From positions 128,001 through 192,000 of the forward strand of contig CAWBCJ010000025.1 of the NCBI GenBank assembly GCA_963787255.1: 64,000 nt of DNA. Direction: 5' to 3'. The DNA comes from Methanobacteriota archaeon (GTDB lineage: Archaea; Methanobacteriota; Methanobacteria; Methanobacteriales; Methanobacteriaceae). Below, piece by piece: positions 46,884-60,270 of the stretch; positions within the stretch are counted from its first letter, which is position 1, and the number at the start of each line of letters is the position of its first letter. The notes under the pieces were generated by a model. That model ran no database searches. It was not told where the DNA came from and saw nothing but the letters and a program-made list of their open reading frames with translations. The position numbers and the translations under genes are program-made.

Positions 46884-47793
46884 ATTTTCACCTTCCAGGA
46901 ATACTAAAATGATTGGCGTTATTTTAAAAACTTTTAAGATTATATTTTTATTCAATACATATTATATTGTAATTTATTATTATTTTAATTTTCTAATACA
47001 TTTATTAAAATTTAATTAACTCAATAATGGAACTTGTAAATTAATTTTAGCGATTTAAATTCAGTTAAAGATACAATTAGAATATTTCTTTTTATCAAAT
47101 GGGAACTTATGTTATCCAATTATATAACTTGTTACTAAATCTATTTTTGATATTATTAATTGTATTTGTTCGCATTTTGTGATATAAAATGTACAAATAG
47201 TTAATTTAAAAGTCAATAAAATAAAAGGAAGTATTATACTTTAAATAAATCAATTAAGAGACTAAAATGCCATTAAATAAGGTTCATGAAAATATAATGG
47301 AATATTATTATTTATTAACACTATTATCTCTCCTTATATGTTTAAAGTTCCCCAATTCTCAATTTTATCTCCATATGCCCCTCATTTTTTCCGCAGTTTT
47401 AATATTTTTTTCATGGTAATTAGAACACAGAATCAACGATTTTAAGAATAGTTAAACAACCAAAAATAATACTGGCACTAATCACATCTAACCTAACATC
47501 ATATCCTCTAATTAGGATTTTAAGGAGGATAATGGCCCATTTTCCCATCTGAAATCATAATAAGATTAATAGTATTATGCCATTTATGGTGGTAGGCGTT
47601 TATAATCTGTTATGCAAATAAATACATAAAATTAAAAATACATCTATTCTCTATTGCTAATTTAAACTGATATTTTTCAAATTAAAATAATCATTAGCCT
47701 TAAATATTTTAAGAATAAACTTATTTTACAAACCTTTAAATTTCAAAAGAACTATAGTGAAATATAAAGATTACATAAATGAAGGTTTTATAG

Positions 47794-48093
47794 ATGAATA
47801 CAAGAAAAATGGGCAAAATTTTCATTGTTTTAATGATTTCACTCATTGCATTTGGTTGTGGTTCATGCGCAAATGCTTTAAATGAAGGTAATGACATTAC
47901 AAATGGACTAATACCATCCAATATTGCACTTACAAATCAGGAGCAGATTTCTGCTATTAGTGATTCATCATTTAACCCTGTTCACGTAATGAGACATTTT
48001 TACAACAATACTACAAATTCTACCAATTCAACTATTAATAATACTATTAATTCAACAGTAAAAACAGTTACTAATACAACTAAAAAAAATTAA
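47794..48093 (+). CDS. Small secreted or membrane-anchored protein with N/T-rich tail
   Basis: Basic N-terminus plus hydrophobic helix; tail rich in N-x-S/T sequons. Confidence 0.6.
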   Translation: MNTRKMGKIFIVLMISLIAFGCGSCANALNEGNDITNGLIPSNIALTNQEQISAISDSSFNPVHVMRHFYNNTTNSTNSTINNTINSTVKTVTNTTKKN

Positions 48094-48321
48094 AGAGTAT
48101 ATTTGGATTAAACAGTTAAAACCCCATTTTTTTATAATATTTACATACAAAAAAATATTTCATAATTAATTTTAAGCGTATATTACATCCTAATTTTATT
48201 TTAAAACAACTATAAACTATGATTTTAAAATATTCCCAAGATATATAAATAATAATAACATAATAAGATATTGGAACTAATTTTAATTAAATTCTATTTT
48301 TTTGACTATTATGAGGTATTT

Positions 48322-50817
48322 ATGATAATTTTAAGGCGAAATAAAAAGAACGTGGAGCTTTTTCCAATAGGGAGCTCTAAAGGAGCACTAAATTCAAGAA
48401 GAAAGCCTATTTTTCATGGAAATTTGAAACTTAAAAGAATCAACAACAAGATTAGACCTTACAAGTTTATAGTAAAAAAGGGCGATAAGGAATCTCTTTT
48501 CCCTCCAAGTGAAGCTCTAAAGATTCTAAAAAAGCAGAACGTTTACATAATTGGTAAAGATGAAGAAATAGAGGAAATGTTGGATTCCTTAAACGTTAAT
48601 TATAAAAGAACCAAAATTTGCAAGCACTGCACAATGAGTGGCCATATTACTATCATAAACCCAGATATATCTTATTTATACCATAAACACTATATTTGCA
48701 GAAAATGTGCTGAAGAAGAAATAAAAAGGGAATTAAAATCACATTCTTATGATTTAAGCGCATTTAAAAATTTCAAAAAGATGCTAGACAATACTGGAGA
48801 TCTGGATAAAGTTCTAAGTGTCTTTAATCCTAATTTTAACCCAATTAAAAACCCTGATTTGACATTATATGATAAAATTACCATTAGAGATGATAAACAG
48901 CTTTCAAAAATTAATATGGATGATATAAAAATTCCAAAAGAACTAAGAAATGTGTTAAAAAAGCAGGGAAAATATTTACTCCCGGTTCAAGCACTTGCAC
49001 TCTCTAATGGGCTTCTTGAAGGTGACAGCCTCCTTGTTGTCTCTGCAACTGCAAGTGGTAAAACCCTGATCGGCGAACTTGCAGGGATACCTAACGCGCT
49101 TAAAGGGAAAAAATTCATGTTTTTAACACCTCTTGTAGCGCTTGCTAATCAAAAATACAGGGATTTTAAAAAGAGATACAGCAAATTAGGTTTAAAAGTG
49201 GCAATAAGGGTTGGAATGAGCAGAATAAATGCCAAAGAAGAACTTTCAATACACGATGAGGATGTAAGAAATGCAGATATTGTGGTAGGAACCTATGAAG
49301 GCCTTGATTTTCTTCTTCGCTCAGGGAAAGCAGAAGAATTAGGAGAACTAGGCACAATTGTTATTGACGAAATTCATATGCTAGACGATGAAGAGCGTGG
49401 ACCACGGTTAAATGGACTTTTAGATAGATTAAAATCTCTTTTTAAGAATATACAAATTTTAGGACTTTCTGCAACTATAAAAAACCCGGAAGTAATTGCC
49501 AAAGAGTTTGGAATGAAATTAGTGGAGTACGATAAACGTCCCGTACCTTTAGAACGCCACCTGATATTTGTAAGATCAGAATACGATAAAGAAGATATAA
49601 TAGCAAGATTAGCCCGTTTAGAATATAAAAACATTTCAAAAAAGGGATATCACGGTCAAACTATCATTTTTACTAATTCAAGGAGAAAAACTCACTCCAT
49701 AGCAGATTATTTAACTAAAAGAAATGTTAATGCTGCAGCTTATCATGCTGGCCTTTCTTATGCCAAGAAAAATAGAATAGAGCGTGATTTTGGGGATCAG
49801 AAGATTTCTGCAGTGGTTACAACTGCAGCACTCGCAGCAGGAGTTGATTTTCCCGCATCCCAGGTCATATTTGAAACCTTGACCATGGGCAACAAGTGGC
49901 TCAGGCCCAATGAATTTTCACAGATGGTTGGTAGAGCTGGAAGACCCACATACCACGATGTTGGAAAAATATACCTCCTGCCGGAAGTTGGAAGAAAATT
50001 TGATGAAGATACAGAAGATTTCATGGCAGTAAGCTTGCTTGAAAGTGATGTAGAATCAATAAAAGTGGAATATCGTGAAGAAGATGCTGTTGAACAGTTT
50101 TTGGCGGATATTTCTTCTAGAAGAGCTCATAATGAGGAAGATCTTAGAAATGCTTATAAAAATAGAGAGTTACCATTTACTTTCACTGAAATATTTGATA
50201 TTTTATCTGATTATGGATTTGTAGTGGACAAAGGAGGATATTTATCTGCTACGCCTTATGGAAAAGCTGTTTCAGTATCCTTCCTTAACTATAAAGACGC
50301 TGAATATATAAAGAAAAATCTTAAGGCCAGAAAACCTATTGATATTGCATTATCTCTTGATCCTTTTGAAAGTGCATATATGTCAAATAGAGTTAACAGA
50401 AGATTAAGCAAAATACTTAAGATCAATTTATCTTCTCGTTTATTTGCAGATTCAACTCTGGATATATTATCTTCTGCAGATACTATTTCCAAGCTGGAAG
50501 AAAGTCTTAGAGAACCTTTAATTAATATGCAGATTGATTTTTTCTCCTGCAGGTGTAAAGACAGGCCATTTTGCATGTGTTTCCAGATGGAACTTTCAAG
50601 AAAAATATTAAAAATGCGTATGATGAAAAGGGATCCTGTAGATATTAGTAAAAAGCTTTTAAGGGATTATCAGATACATATTTATGCTGGAGACATATTT
50701 TCATGGTTTGATTCTTTAATAAGAATGCTTGAATCAATTAAAAGAGTATCTAATGCATTTAAGGAACGGCAAGTAGCTAAGGAGTGCATAAGACTCATAA
50801 GAGCTATAGAAAATTAA
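48322..50817 (+). CDS. Archaea-specific SF2 DEAD/DEAH helicase (COG1202/DUF5814 type)
   Basis: ATASGKT, DEIH, LSAT, YHAG, GVDFP, QMVGRAGRP; CxxC pairs near the N-terminus and CRCKDRPFCMC near the C-terminus. Confidence 0.9.
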   Translation: MIILRRNKKNVELFPIGSSKGALNSRRKPIFHGNLKLKRINNKIRPYKFIVKKGDKESLFPPSEALKILKKQNVYIIGKDEEIEEMLDSLNVNYKRTKICKHCTMSGHITIINPDISYLYHKHYICRKCAEEEIKRELKSHSYDLSAFKNFKKMLDNTGDLDKVLSVFNPNFNPIKNPDLTLYDKITIRDDKQLSKINMDDIKIPKELRNVLKKQGKYLLPVQALALSNGLLEGDSLLVVSATASGKTLIGELAGIPNALKGKKFMFLTPLVALANQKYRDFKKRYSKLGLKVAIRVGMSRINAKEELSIHDEDVRNADIVVGTYEGLDFLLRSGKAEELGELGTIVIDEIHMLDDEERGPRLNGLLDRLKSLFKNIQILGLSATIKNPEVIAKEFGMKLVEYDKRPVPLERHLIFVRSEYDKEDIIARLARLEYKNISKKGYHGQTIIFTNSRRKTHSIADYLTKRNVNAAAYHAGLSYAKKNRIERDFGDQKISAVVTTAALAAGVDFPASQVIFETLTMGNKWLRPNEFSQMVGRAGRPTYHDVGKIYLLPEVGRKFDEDTEDFMAVSLLESDVESIKVEYREEDAVEQFLADISSRRAHNEEDLRNAYKNRELPFTFTEIFDILSDYGFVVDKGGYLSATPYGKAVSVSFLNYKDAEYIKKNLKARKPIDIALSLDPFESAYMSNRVNRRLSKILKINLSSRLFADSTLDILSSADTISKLEESLREPLINMQIDFFSCRCKDRPFCMCFQMELSRKILKMRMMKRDPVDISKKLLRDYQIHIYAGDIFSWFDSLIRMLESIKRVSNAFKERQVAKECIRLIRAIEN

Positions 50818-50856
50818 GTCTATTAATATGTATTTTATTAAATGAAAAATAGTTAA

Positions 50857-51546
50857 TTACTCTAGAAGTCTTATCACATCGTCAACTATACTTTCAACTG
50901 CATTTTTTATAAGTGAATTACCTAAATCTTCATCTATACATACGCCTTTATTTTCCACAGTTTCTGCGCCTTGATTTATTCCTTCATCAATATTTCTTGC
51001 TTCTTTAAAACCCACCATACCTACTTCGGGATATTTTTGGAAATTGCAGTGTTCTGAAATTTTTGATTCATCAACTATTTTCAAAATGCTGCCCATTGAA
51101 AGTTCACCTGTTCCTGCATGCGGACCTTCTATTTCCACAATTCGGTTGTTGAAAATTATTTTAATATCCAATTCATTTTCAATTTCTTCAATATAATCAA
51201 TAAGAGGTATATTGCCGCCGTGACCGTTTACAAGAACCACTTTTTTTATATTTAGACATTTTTTTGCCGAGTGTAGTGTAGGAAATAGTCTTTTTTTAGC
51301 TAATTCTTCTGCATCTATGTGAATTCCATGTTTTATGTAATCGTATTCAGTAGCTGAATATAATATTCCTAAGAATTTTGCGCCACTTCTTAAAGCTGCT
51401 TGAAGTGCAATATACGAAGCAATTTTAGAATCAGTATCAATAGGAAGTGCAGCACCATGATTTTCAAGATGAGAGCCAACAGCAAGAATCCCAATTTCAT
51501 GCACTTTTGCAGAAATAACATTTCCTGAAGAATAATTAAGTTTCAT
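50857..51546 (-). CDS. arfB: Creatininase-family FAPy-monophosphate deformylase
   Basis: [28 protein letters not shown]. Confidence 0.85.
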   Translation of the reverse strand: MKLNYSSGNVISAKVHEIGILAVGSHLENHGAALPIDTDSKIASYIALQAALRSGAKFLGILYSATEYDYIKHGIHIDAEELAKKRLFPTLHSAKKCLNIKKVVLVNGHGGNIPLIDYIEEIENELDIKIIFNNRIVEIEGPHAGTGELSMGSILKIVDESKISEHCNFQKYPEVGMVGFKEARNIDEGINQGAETVENKGVCIDEDLGNSLIKNAVESIVDDVIRLLE

Positions 51547-51648
51547 ATAAAATCACTTTTATAAGTCGATTGAAATATACTATTTTGAGCTTATGAAAAA
51601 TCATTTAAATTCTAATGCTAACTAAAACATTTACCATAATATTGTATT

Positions 51649-52125
51649 TTATATTGTTAAGTTCCATAATTTGTCCCCAATAAAGTGAATAGTTCTAATA
51701 GCCTTTCCCTCATTGTTTTCCACCATTTCAGGCCCAGAAATAAGGGCTCTTCCAGTTGCAAGAGGTTTTCTATGTGTTTCCTCTACAACTATAACCAAAT
51801 CACCTACTTGAACATCAGGATCAGCTTCAGTTATCCCTGGACTCATTACATCCGCACCTTTAGCCACAAATTTCACAGCACCCATATCAACTACAACATA
51901 TCTTGTTGTAATTTCAAGTTCCAAAGCACCTTTGAGTGTTGGAAAATATGTATCATCAATTGTCATAACCAGAGGTTTTCCATCTATTAATATTATATCG
52001 TAAAGATCGGTTTCTAAGATTTCAACCTTGCTTTTTGGTTGAATTAAAGTAGAGTAATCACCTAACTGGTTTATTAACTTTTTTAATTTCTTTTTTTGGA
52101 GATAGTATCTTTTTCTAATCTTCAA
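51649..52125 (-). CDS. PUA-domain RNA-binding protein (MCTS1/Tma20-like)
   Basis: [33 protein letters not shown]; start TTG 52125 or ATG 52140. Confidence 0.88.
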   Translation of the reverse strand: MKIRKRYYLQKKKLKKLINQLGDYSTLIQPKSKVEILETDLYDIILIDGKPLVMTIDDTYFPTLKGALELEITTRYVVVDMGAVKFVAKGADVMSPGITEADPDVQVGDLVIVVEETHRKPLATGRALISGPEMVENNEGKAIRTIHFIGDKLWNLTI

Positions 52126-52670
52126 TTTTTCTACACCCATTGAAACTTCATTATAACTAATTTGCTAACTATTATTATTAATGAATTCTTATGACTTAAT
52201 ATTTTTACCTATAACCGGAAATAGATAGTTTAATTTTAAAAAGTCTTTTTTTTTAAGCCTAAAAAAAACTTCTAATATTAATCCATATGGAAAGGACATT
52301 TAAAATGGATATTATATTTAAAGCAACTATATAAAAGTATTAGCAATTATATACGGAATAAGTTTTTTAAATGAGGGAAAATTACTAATTGTAAATATTA
52401 ATACTAATTTGCAAATCTTGATTCATAATTATATTAAACATTTTTAGAGGATAATGATGTGAATTCTATTGTTGATAATTCTTTTTTATATATAATAATC
52501 TTTAAATGTGAGTATTATGATAAATTAATTTATAATAACACTGTAACTAAACTTTTAAATATAAAAAGATTAAATATGAAAATCTCTAAAAAGAAATTGA
52601 ATTAATTCAATAAATTGCAATGATTTAAATGTTTTAATCAATATAATTCATGATATATTTTATAATTGAT

Positions 52671-52972
<302 letters not shown>

Positions 52973-53051
52973 ATAACAAAGTTAATTTTGATATCATAAT
53001 AAATTCGAATTTTGATTAAATTTGACTAAAATTTTAAGGAGGATTATTGAG

Positions 53052-53234
<183 letters not shown>

Positions 53235-54104
53235 ATGGATGTTAAAAATCCAATTGATGTACGGATAATCGTAGAAGGTGCATCAGATGTGGAAAGCATT
53301 TCTAAAGCTATGCGTAATATAGCTTTAGGAGCTGAATACCACATTACCATATCCTCTATAATCCCCACTACAAGCTCTGAAATAGCAAAAAGAGCTGTAA
53401 GTGGTGCAGATATTGTTTTAATTGCAACTGATGTCGACGCACCCGGACGTGAACTTGCAGAAAAGTTCCGTAAAGTGCTGAAAAACGAAGTTGGGCACAT
53501 AGAACGAATGAAACTGCCATTCGGTCACGATGTGGAATACATAGATCCTTATTTAATACAAAAAGAAATTAAAAATGCAATAATAAGGTCAGGATTAATT
53601 TCTATAGCTAATATAAAGCATTTTAAAGAGCTTGAAGAAAAGATAAAAGAATCTAATGAGCATATCAGAAATTTAGCTCAAGAAAATAAAGATTTAGAAG
53701 CTTTAAATAAAACTCTTTACTTGGAAAATGAAGAAGCTAAAAAAGCAGATGATAACTATAGAGATCAATTAGAAGCAGTAAATACTAAATATAACAATTT
53801 AAAAGTTGAATATACTTCTTTAAAATCTAAATACGAAGAAATTCAAAGTAAAAACTTGTTTGAAGTATTTTCTATAGATGAACTATGGGAAGAATCTTTT
53901 GATGAAAAATTAAAAGATAAAGAACAGATTTATTTTATAAGCAATGAATTTAAGCCGGAAAATATAGTGGTTGGCCAAAATAGAATTACATCATCTTCTA
54001 AGAAGGATGCCATAGATTGGCTTAAAATAATAAGAACAGTACTAATTTTTTATGATTCTAAAATTGACGATTTAAAAGAAGAGTTTGACAAAGGAAAGAT
54101 TTAA
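53235..54104 (+). CDS. TOPRIM domain + coiled-coil protein (COG4026-like)
   Basis: [22 protein letters not shown]; long heptad region. Confidence 0.8.
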   Translation: MDVKNPIDVRIIVEGASDVESISKAMRNIALGAEYHITISSIIPTTSSEIAKRAVSGADIVLIATDVDAPGRELAEKFRKVLKNEVGHIERMKLPFGHDVEYIDPYLIQKEIKNAIIRSGLISIANIKHFKELEEKIKESNEHIRNLAQENKDLEALNKTLYLENEEAKKADDNYRDQLEAVNTKYNNLKVEYTSLKSKYEEIQSKNLFEVFSIDELWEESFDEKLKDKEQIYFISNEFKPENIVVGQNRITSSSKKDAIDWLKIIRTVLIFYDSKIDDLKEEFDKGKI

Positions 54105-54200
54105 TTTAAAAATCATATAACATTAAATTATAAAACACCTTAAATGTAATTCATTTTAATTCAAAAACTTTTATTCTAGAGAAAATAGGAGAATTCAAAA

Positions 54201-55610
54201 TTGCAAGATAAATGTGGTATTGTAGGTGCATTTTCGCATAAAAAGTCTAATAACATCTCAAGAGCCATATACTATGGTCTTTATGCCTTGCAACATAGAG
54301 GGCAAGAATCAGCAGGTATATCAGTGCACGATGGAGAAGAAATGAGCACATACAGGGGTATGGGGCTTGTTTGCGATGTTTTTAACAATGGAAATATAGA
54401 AGGTCTTGAAGGTTACGTGGGTATAGGTCACGTAAGATACTCAACTACCGGAAAATCAAAAATAGAAAACTCACAACCGTTTTTCAGCGAATTTGAATAT
54501 GGAACAATCGCTGTTGCTCATAATGGAGATATTATAAACTCCATGGAATTAAGAGAAGAATTAGAACAACAGGGCTATGAATTCAAATCATCAACCGATT
54601 CAGAAGTTCTCTGTCATTTACTTACCCAAGAATATGTCAAAACAAAAGATATTGTAAAGGCAATCCAAGAAGTTGCTAAAAGACTTACAGGTTCTTATGC
54701 ACTTGTTATTTTACTTAATAATGAATTAATTGCAGTTAGAGATCCTGTTGGAATAAAACCACTTTCTCTTGGAAAAAAAGATGATATTACACTTATCGGC
54801 TCTGAAACTGTTGCCTTCGACGCTCTAGGCGGTGAATACGTCCGTGCTGTAGAACCTGGAGAAATATTGGTCATAAATGATGAAATAAAGAGTTTTAAGA
54901 TGGAAAGTAGTGGAAAAACCAAGAGAGCTCACTGTATGTTTGAATATGTTTATTTTGCACGTCCCGACAGTATACTTGATGATAGAAATGTCTATGATGT
55001 GCGTTTAAAGATTGGAAGATCACTTTCAAATGAATATTCTGCAGATGCAGAAGTTGTAATGCCCGTTCCGGATTCAGCAATAACTGCTTCCATTGGTTAT
55101 TCAAGAGAATCTGGACTTCCTTATGGGGAAGGACTTATAAAAAACCGTTATGTTGGTAGAACATTCATTATGCCTACCCAAGAAGAACGTGAAAGTTCAG
55201 TTAGGCTTAAGATGAACCCTGTTAAATCAGAGCTTGAAGGCAAAAAAATAGTTCTAATAGATGATAGTATTGTGCGTGGAACAACTTCAAAAGCCACTGT
55301 CGACGTTCTTAAGGAAGCTGGAGTAAAAGAAATCCATTTAAGAATAGGATGTCCTCCTATAATTTCGCCGTGTTATTATGGAATAGCAATGGCAACAAAA
55401 AAGGAACTTATAGCATCAAATAAAGAGATAAAAGAGATTAAGGAGTATTTGGGTGTTGACTCACTTGGATATTTAAGTATTGAATCACTTGTTGAATGTA
55501 TTGGTATACCACGAGATGAACTTTGCGTTGGATGTATTACCGGGGAATATCCAACAGATTTACCTGCAGATATTGAAGAATATGAAGCTAGACGCTGTAC
55601 ATGCCCTTAA
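54201..55610 (+). CDS. purF: Amidophosphoribosyltransferase
   Basis: [45 protein letters not shown], Fe-S cysteines. Confidence 0.97.
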   Translation: MQDKCGIVGAFSHKKSNNISRAIYYGLYALQHRGQESAGISVHDGEEMSTYRGMGLVCDVFNNGNIEGLEGYVGIGHVRYSTTGKSKIENSQPFFSEFEYGTIAVAHNGDIINSMELREELEQQGYEFKSSTDSEVLCHLLTQEYVKTKDIVKAIQEVAKRLTGSYALVILLNNELIAVRDPVGIKPLSLGKKDDITLIGSETVAFDALGGEYVRAVEPGEILVINDEIKSFKMESSGKTKRAHCMFEYVYFARPDSILDDRNVYDVRLKIGRSLSNEYSADAEVVMPVPDSAITASIGYSRESGLPYGEGLIKNRYVGRTFIMPTQEERESSVRLKMNPVKSELEGKKIVLIDDSIVRGTTSKATVDVLKEAGVKEIHLRIGCPPIISPCYYGIAMATKKELIASNKEIKEIKEYLGVDSLGYLSIESLVECIGIPRDELCVGCITGEYPTDLPADIEEYEARRCTCP

Positions 55611-55691
55611 TTTTTTAATTACAGGATTAATTTAATTTATTATATTTTTTTTTTAATTTTATTTATTTATCAAACAATAAAAAGAAAACTG

Positions 55692-56889
55692 GTGGTTAAA
55701 ATAGTTGAATTACTTGCTCCTGCACGCGATTTCGCAGCATTAAACGCTGCAATTTCAAGCGGCGCAGATTCTATTTATGTAGGTATCAAAGGATGCAATA
55801 TGAGGGCAAATGTTTCAAATTTCACTATTGAAACCCTTAAAGATGCTGTAAAACATTGCCACGAGTTTGATAAAAAGATATACGTCTGCACCAACACCAT
55901 AATGAAAAATAAGGATATAAACTATTTTAAAAAGATTCTACCGGTTATTCACTCTTACAATGTGGATGCATTAATTATTTCTGACCTTGGTGCTCTTAAA
56001 CTTGCAATAGATGAAAATATAGACGTTCATATGAGTATTCAGGCCAACATTTCTAATTTTGAGTCATTAAATTTGCTTGAAGAACTAGGAGTTAAGCGTG
56101 TCGTCCTTTCAAGAGAATTAACGCTTGTGGATATAAAAGAAATAGCAGAAAGCACTAATTTAGAGATAGAAACTTTTGTTCATGGAGCAATGTGTGTTGC
56201 TGTTTCTGGGCGATGTTTTTTAAGCTCATCTCTTTATGATAAAAGTGCAAACTGTGGAGAATGCTTGCAGCCTTGTCGAAAAAGCTGGAAATTAATATCT
56301 GAAGAAGAAGAGTTTGAACTAATCCAAAATGAAAATGAAAGCTATATTCTTAGTCCCAAAGATTCTATGTATGATAAAGCATATTCCTGAACTTATTGAA
56401 TCCGGAATTAATGTATTTAAAATAGAAGGGAGAGCCAGACCTGCAGATTACGTTACAACAGTAACTAGTGTTTACAGGGAAGCTATTGACAGTTATGAAA
56501 TCGGAAACTGGAAATTTGATCATAAATGGGCTGATGAGCTTAAAAAGGTGTTTAATAGAGGTTTTGACACAGGATTTTACTTTAAAACCCCATTTAAAAC
56601 CAGTGAATATAATGAAGCTACTTATATTAAAAAAGACATTGGTTCGGTGGTCAATTATTATAAAAACGTTTCTGCAGCTGAAATCAGGCTCTGGAATGAC
56701 CTAAAAATTGATGATGAAATTATAATACAAGGTAATAAGACTGGATCAATCATACAAAAAGTTGATTCAATGCAAATTGAGGGTGAAGAAATTAAAACAG
56801 CAGAAAAAGGTCAAAATGTTGGATTATTAGTTAAAGATAAAGTAAGGCCTAACGATGTTGTTTATAAACGAATACCACGTAAAAATTAG
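55692..56889 (+). CDS. U32 family peptidase-like protein (TrhP-type), one +1 insertion near 56363
   Basis: [32 protein letters not shown]; removing one T gives [15 protein letters not shown]...FKIEGR. Confidence 0.88.
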
Positions 56890-57211
56890 ATAAAAATATA
56901 TTAAGGAAAGAAATGACTTTGAAAAGCTAGGAAATATGATTAAAGAACGAAAGAAACGGTTTTAAAGGGCAAGTAAGAAACCTCGGAACCCTCCTGGAAG
57001 TGCAGAAGAAGTTTTATAGATAAAAAAATAGAATCCCCAAGAGAAGAAGAGTTTTAGAAAATTAATTGGTTTATAATTTAGCTTTTATACATACTCCTAA
57101 TAATTTGCTGTTAGAAAACTTCAATGTTAAAAAAAAGAGAAAGTAGGAGAAATCAAAGATTCTTAAGAATAATTCTATTAACTTAACTTAGGGTACGTTA
57201 ATAGATTTTGG

Positions 57212-57631
57212 TTATCTCCTTCTTTTGGTCTTAGAACTGTCCGTATCACTGGCTGTGTTTGTTGCAGCGTTTACTACTGTCATGTTTACATAATTTGGAT
57301 TACTTGTTACTGGAATAATAACACTAATAGATCCATATCCATTATTCATACTAGTAGTGGTAGTTTTTTCCCCAACTACTTGATTCTGACTATTATACGC
57401 TGTTAATTTCACTGTTACTTGAGAATAAGAGGTATTACTTTTGCTTTTTAAGTTCCCATTAACCAGCCATTCAGTATGTTCTTGATTATTCCATTGTCCA
57501 GTGAGATTTCCATCTACTATTATGTCATTTTGTGGGTTTACACTGTTATTGGTTGATGTGCAGCCAGATATAGCCACAATTCCGACTAAAAAAAACAATA
57601 TTCCAAATAATGATAGATATTTTCCCCCCAT
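57212..57631 (-). CDS. Lipoprotein (FxLYD-like Ig-fold)
   Basis: Lipobox AISGC; V.G.LK.K....YSQV.V....YN..NQVVG pattern. Confidence 0.7.
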   Translation of the reverse strand: MGGKYLSLFGILFFLVGIVAISGCTSTNNSVNPQNDIIVDGNLTGQWNNQEHTEWLVNGNLKSKSNTSYSQVTVKLTAYNSQNQVVGEKTTTTSMNNGYGSISVIIPVTSNPNYVNMTVVNAATNTASDTDSSKTKRRR

Positions 57632-57881
57632 TTAATCACCAGAACATAGTCTAATTCATATTATATAAATATATAATATGTTACTTTTTACAATAAATGT
57701 AATATATAGTAAGTAATAGCAAATAAACCTCTAAAAGAAGCCAATTTAAGATTTATTTAATGTCTTTGTGATTACTCCATAACGGAAAATAATATGAAAT
57801 ACATCTGACTAAAATATTTGAATTACAGCTGCATATGGGTGCATTGAGTAAGGCAGTATTCTTATTGTTAGTTGCATCTTC

Positions 57882-58382
57882 TTAATTAGAAATGGTTTTA
57901 TTTAAATACATTGTTCTAATTAGCTTCTTTCCTGATTCTGTTTTAAAAATATTTTCATTGATTTTTTCTATTGCCTCTTTGCTCATATTATCTTCAAATA
58001 TGTTAACTAGAAAGTCAGCTTCGACAATTATCTGAAAATCAATACCATTTATTTTTGTATATGAATGATGGTTTCCGATTATTAAGCACACTCGATTTAT
58101 GATTTCTTCTGATATTTTTAAATCCGAAAGCATTTCATATGCTATGGATGGACCTTCAACTTCTTGATATGTCCCCATAGATGAGTTGTATTTCTTCTCT
58201 GCTTCTTTAATCCCTATATCATGAAGAATTGCTGCATAAATGATGATTTCTTTAGTTTTTTTGTCAAGAGACTCATCATCACTAATTATTTGAGCAAAAT
58301 CAAAGACTTTTAGTGCGTGATTGATTCTTCTTACATCAGTTTGGAAGTAGCCAATCATTTTTTTCATTACATTAATTTTCAT
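57882..58382 (-). CDS. HD domain phosphohydrolase
   Basis: HALKV, AILHDIG, IGNHH, VEADFLVN. Confidence 0.88.
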   Translation of the reverse strand: MKINVMKKMIGYFQTDVRRINHALKVFDFAQIISDDESLDKKTKEIIIYAAILHDIGIKEAEKKYNSSMGTYQEVEGPSIAYEMLSDLKISEEIINRVCLIIGNHHSYTKINGIDFQIIVEADFLVNIFEDNMSKEAIEKINENIFKTESGKKLIRTMYLNKTISN

Positions 58383-58448
58383 ATTTTTATTCTCCAATTT
58401 AATTAAAATGTATTAATAACATTATATAATAAATGGGAGTGATAGAAT

Positions 58449-58967
58449 ATGGCAGATGTACTTGTTAAAATAAATCAGAAAATAAACATTGCTGCTATCT
58501 ATATAGGGTTAGTAATTTCTTTAATTGTTCCTGTAATCGGGTTATTTATATTTGGTCAGGGTCTATTAACTGGAGAATTACAGATCTCGAATGTTATATA
58601 TTACATTTTTCCGCCAATGATTTTGTTTGGAGGATTTATAACAAGTCTAATATCTTGTGAAAAATATTCAGATGGTTTAATTAACGGAGGATTCTTAGGC
58701 TTAATTTTCGTATTTAATTTAGCACTCATAATCGGAATAATAATTTTGATCTTAATGACTGTTATCAGTGCAGTAGCACCCCTCATTAACACGTTAAACT
58801 CTATTGCTAGCATTTTCTCGCAAAATCCGAGCTCATTAGGCACGATTTCATTTGATTTTGGAAGCTATTTACTAGGCATATTTTTATTGACAATATTAAT
58901 CCTTATATTAGGTGCTGTAGGTGGAGTGCTTGGGGTTTGGGTTAAAAATATAATTAATGCAATATAG
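58449..58967 (+). CDS. Multi-pass membrane protein (DUF5518-like)
   Basis: Four hydrophobic helices; GGFITS, DGLINGGF, GAVGGVLG. Confidence 0.7.
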   Translation: MADVLVKINQKINIAAIYIGLVISLIVPVIGLFIFGQGLLTGELQISNVIYYIFPPMILFGGFITSLISCEKYSDGLINGGFLGLIFVFNLALIIGIIILILMTVISAVAPLINTLNSIASIFSQNPSSLGTISFDFGSYLLGIFLLTILILILGAVGGVLGVWVKNIINAI

Positions 58968-59012
58968 TGGATAAATTTTTTTTTACATATACTGTAAACC
59001 ATTAAAAAAAAT

Positions 59013-59038
59013 AAAAGAAAGGGAATATCCCTTTTTTT
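59013..59038. terminator. Bidirectional terminator-like hairpin between convergent genes
   Basis: AAAGGGA-ATA-TCCCTTT flanked by A- and T-runs. Confidence 0.5.
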
Positions 59039-59074
59039 CAGCTAAAGAGTTTAATCATGATTTATTTTTAAAGT

Positions 59075-59512
59075 CTAAGAAGTATATATCTGAATAACTC
59101 CTTTAGCATTGGTATTGGTAATTAAAAGTCCTTTTATATTGGTGTTATTGAAAGTGTATGTTACATTAAGTGGTTTGGTTTCATTTGCTAGGTTAATGGT
59201 TTTCTGCTCAAGTATATTTACAGTATAGTTTGCACCGGTTGCTCCAGTTACTGGAATAGTATTTAAAATTAATATAATTACGTTTGATATACTAGCATTG
59301 GGATTTAGTTTGGTTAAATCCTGTCCCACAATTTTAACTGTACTAGTTCCATTAGGTATTGTTACATTTTGAGTTCCAACAAAATCTGGACCTGTACCAT
59401 TTGTTAAATTGTATTGATATACTAATTTTTCATTGCTAGTGCAGCCAGAAGCAAAAACAACTAGCATCAAAATAGCTAAAATCCCAAAACCTACTATTAC
59501 TGATTTTTTCAA
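59075..59512 (-). CDS. Lipoprotein of unknown function
   Basis: RBS GGAGG then TTG; lipobox FASGC; many N-x-T/S sequons. Confidence 0.72.
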   Translation of the reverse strand: MKKSVIVGFGILAILMLVVFASGCTSNEKLVYQYNLTNGTGPDFVGTQNVTIPNGTSTVKIVGQDLTKLNPNASISNVIILILNTIPVTGATGANYTVNILEQKTINLANETKPLNVTYTFNNTNIKGLLITNTNAKGVIQIYTS

Positions 59513-60129
59513 ATTATATTCCTCCAATAAATGTTTACTAACTAATATAGCTATATGAATATACGAAAGTAAATAATTATTCATTTTAAATGCACGATTA
59601 AGAATATATTAGATGATATACTACAAATTAAAAGAAAAATAATTAGCAAAGGAGCATTATGGTGCTCTGATTACTCTGTTAGATTGGATAATATGTTAGA
59701 ATATGTGAGTATAATTAATGGAAATCCGTATAAATTAAGTTTTGTTGATGGGTATTCACCAAAAAGAATGGGGAAGATAATTAATTAGAAAATAATACAA
59801 TTATATGTTTTAAGATATTAAAAATAGGGTTTAAAGCATACCTCACACACATATGACCATAATATTTCTGTATCAACAATAAAAGAACCATTTATGCATT
59901 AAATTACGTATTAAAGTTAAACTACTGCGTTATATCACGGCTGTAACCAAATACATTAAGTAATTATATTTGACGGATTGAATCCACTTAAAAATAAGGT
60001 TCCCTATTAAATCAAATGTGATTGAAGTGGATATTGTTAAGTCGAGGGTTAGACTGCGCATTAAAGAGTCTAAAATGAAATATAAGAATAAAATAGACAG
60101 GAATTATAAAAATTGTGTTTCTTCAAAAA

Positions 60130-60225
60130 TCAACTCTTGATGTAAGTCTCTTTTGTATATTCTTTGATGTCTCGAGCTTCGAGGAAATCTATAAGAGTAT
60201 GGTCATCCTTAATGTTTATATACAT
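60130..60225 (-). pseudogene. Possible N-terminal relic of a tyrosine integrase
   Basis: MYINIKDDHTLIDFLEARDIKEYTKETYIKS*; resembles the FL..R.I...T..TY opening of integrase N-terminal domains (recognition from memory only). Confidence 0.3.
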
Positions 60226-60270
60226 TTATATATTTTTTTCTAGTATAAAAGAGTAAATCATGGAGGGATT

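Noticed and set aside
47300-47600. Tiny minus-strand ORFs (MGKWAIILLK..., MEIKLRIGNF...) and an AGGAGG-ATG six-codon ORF
   Set aside because: No recognisable motif; expected by chance in a 900-nt gap
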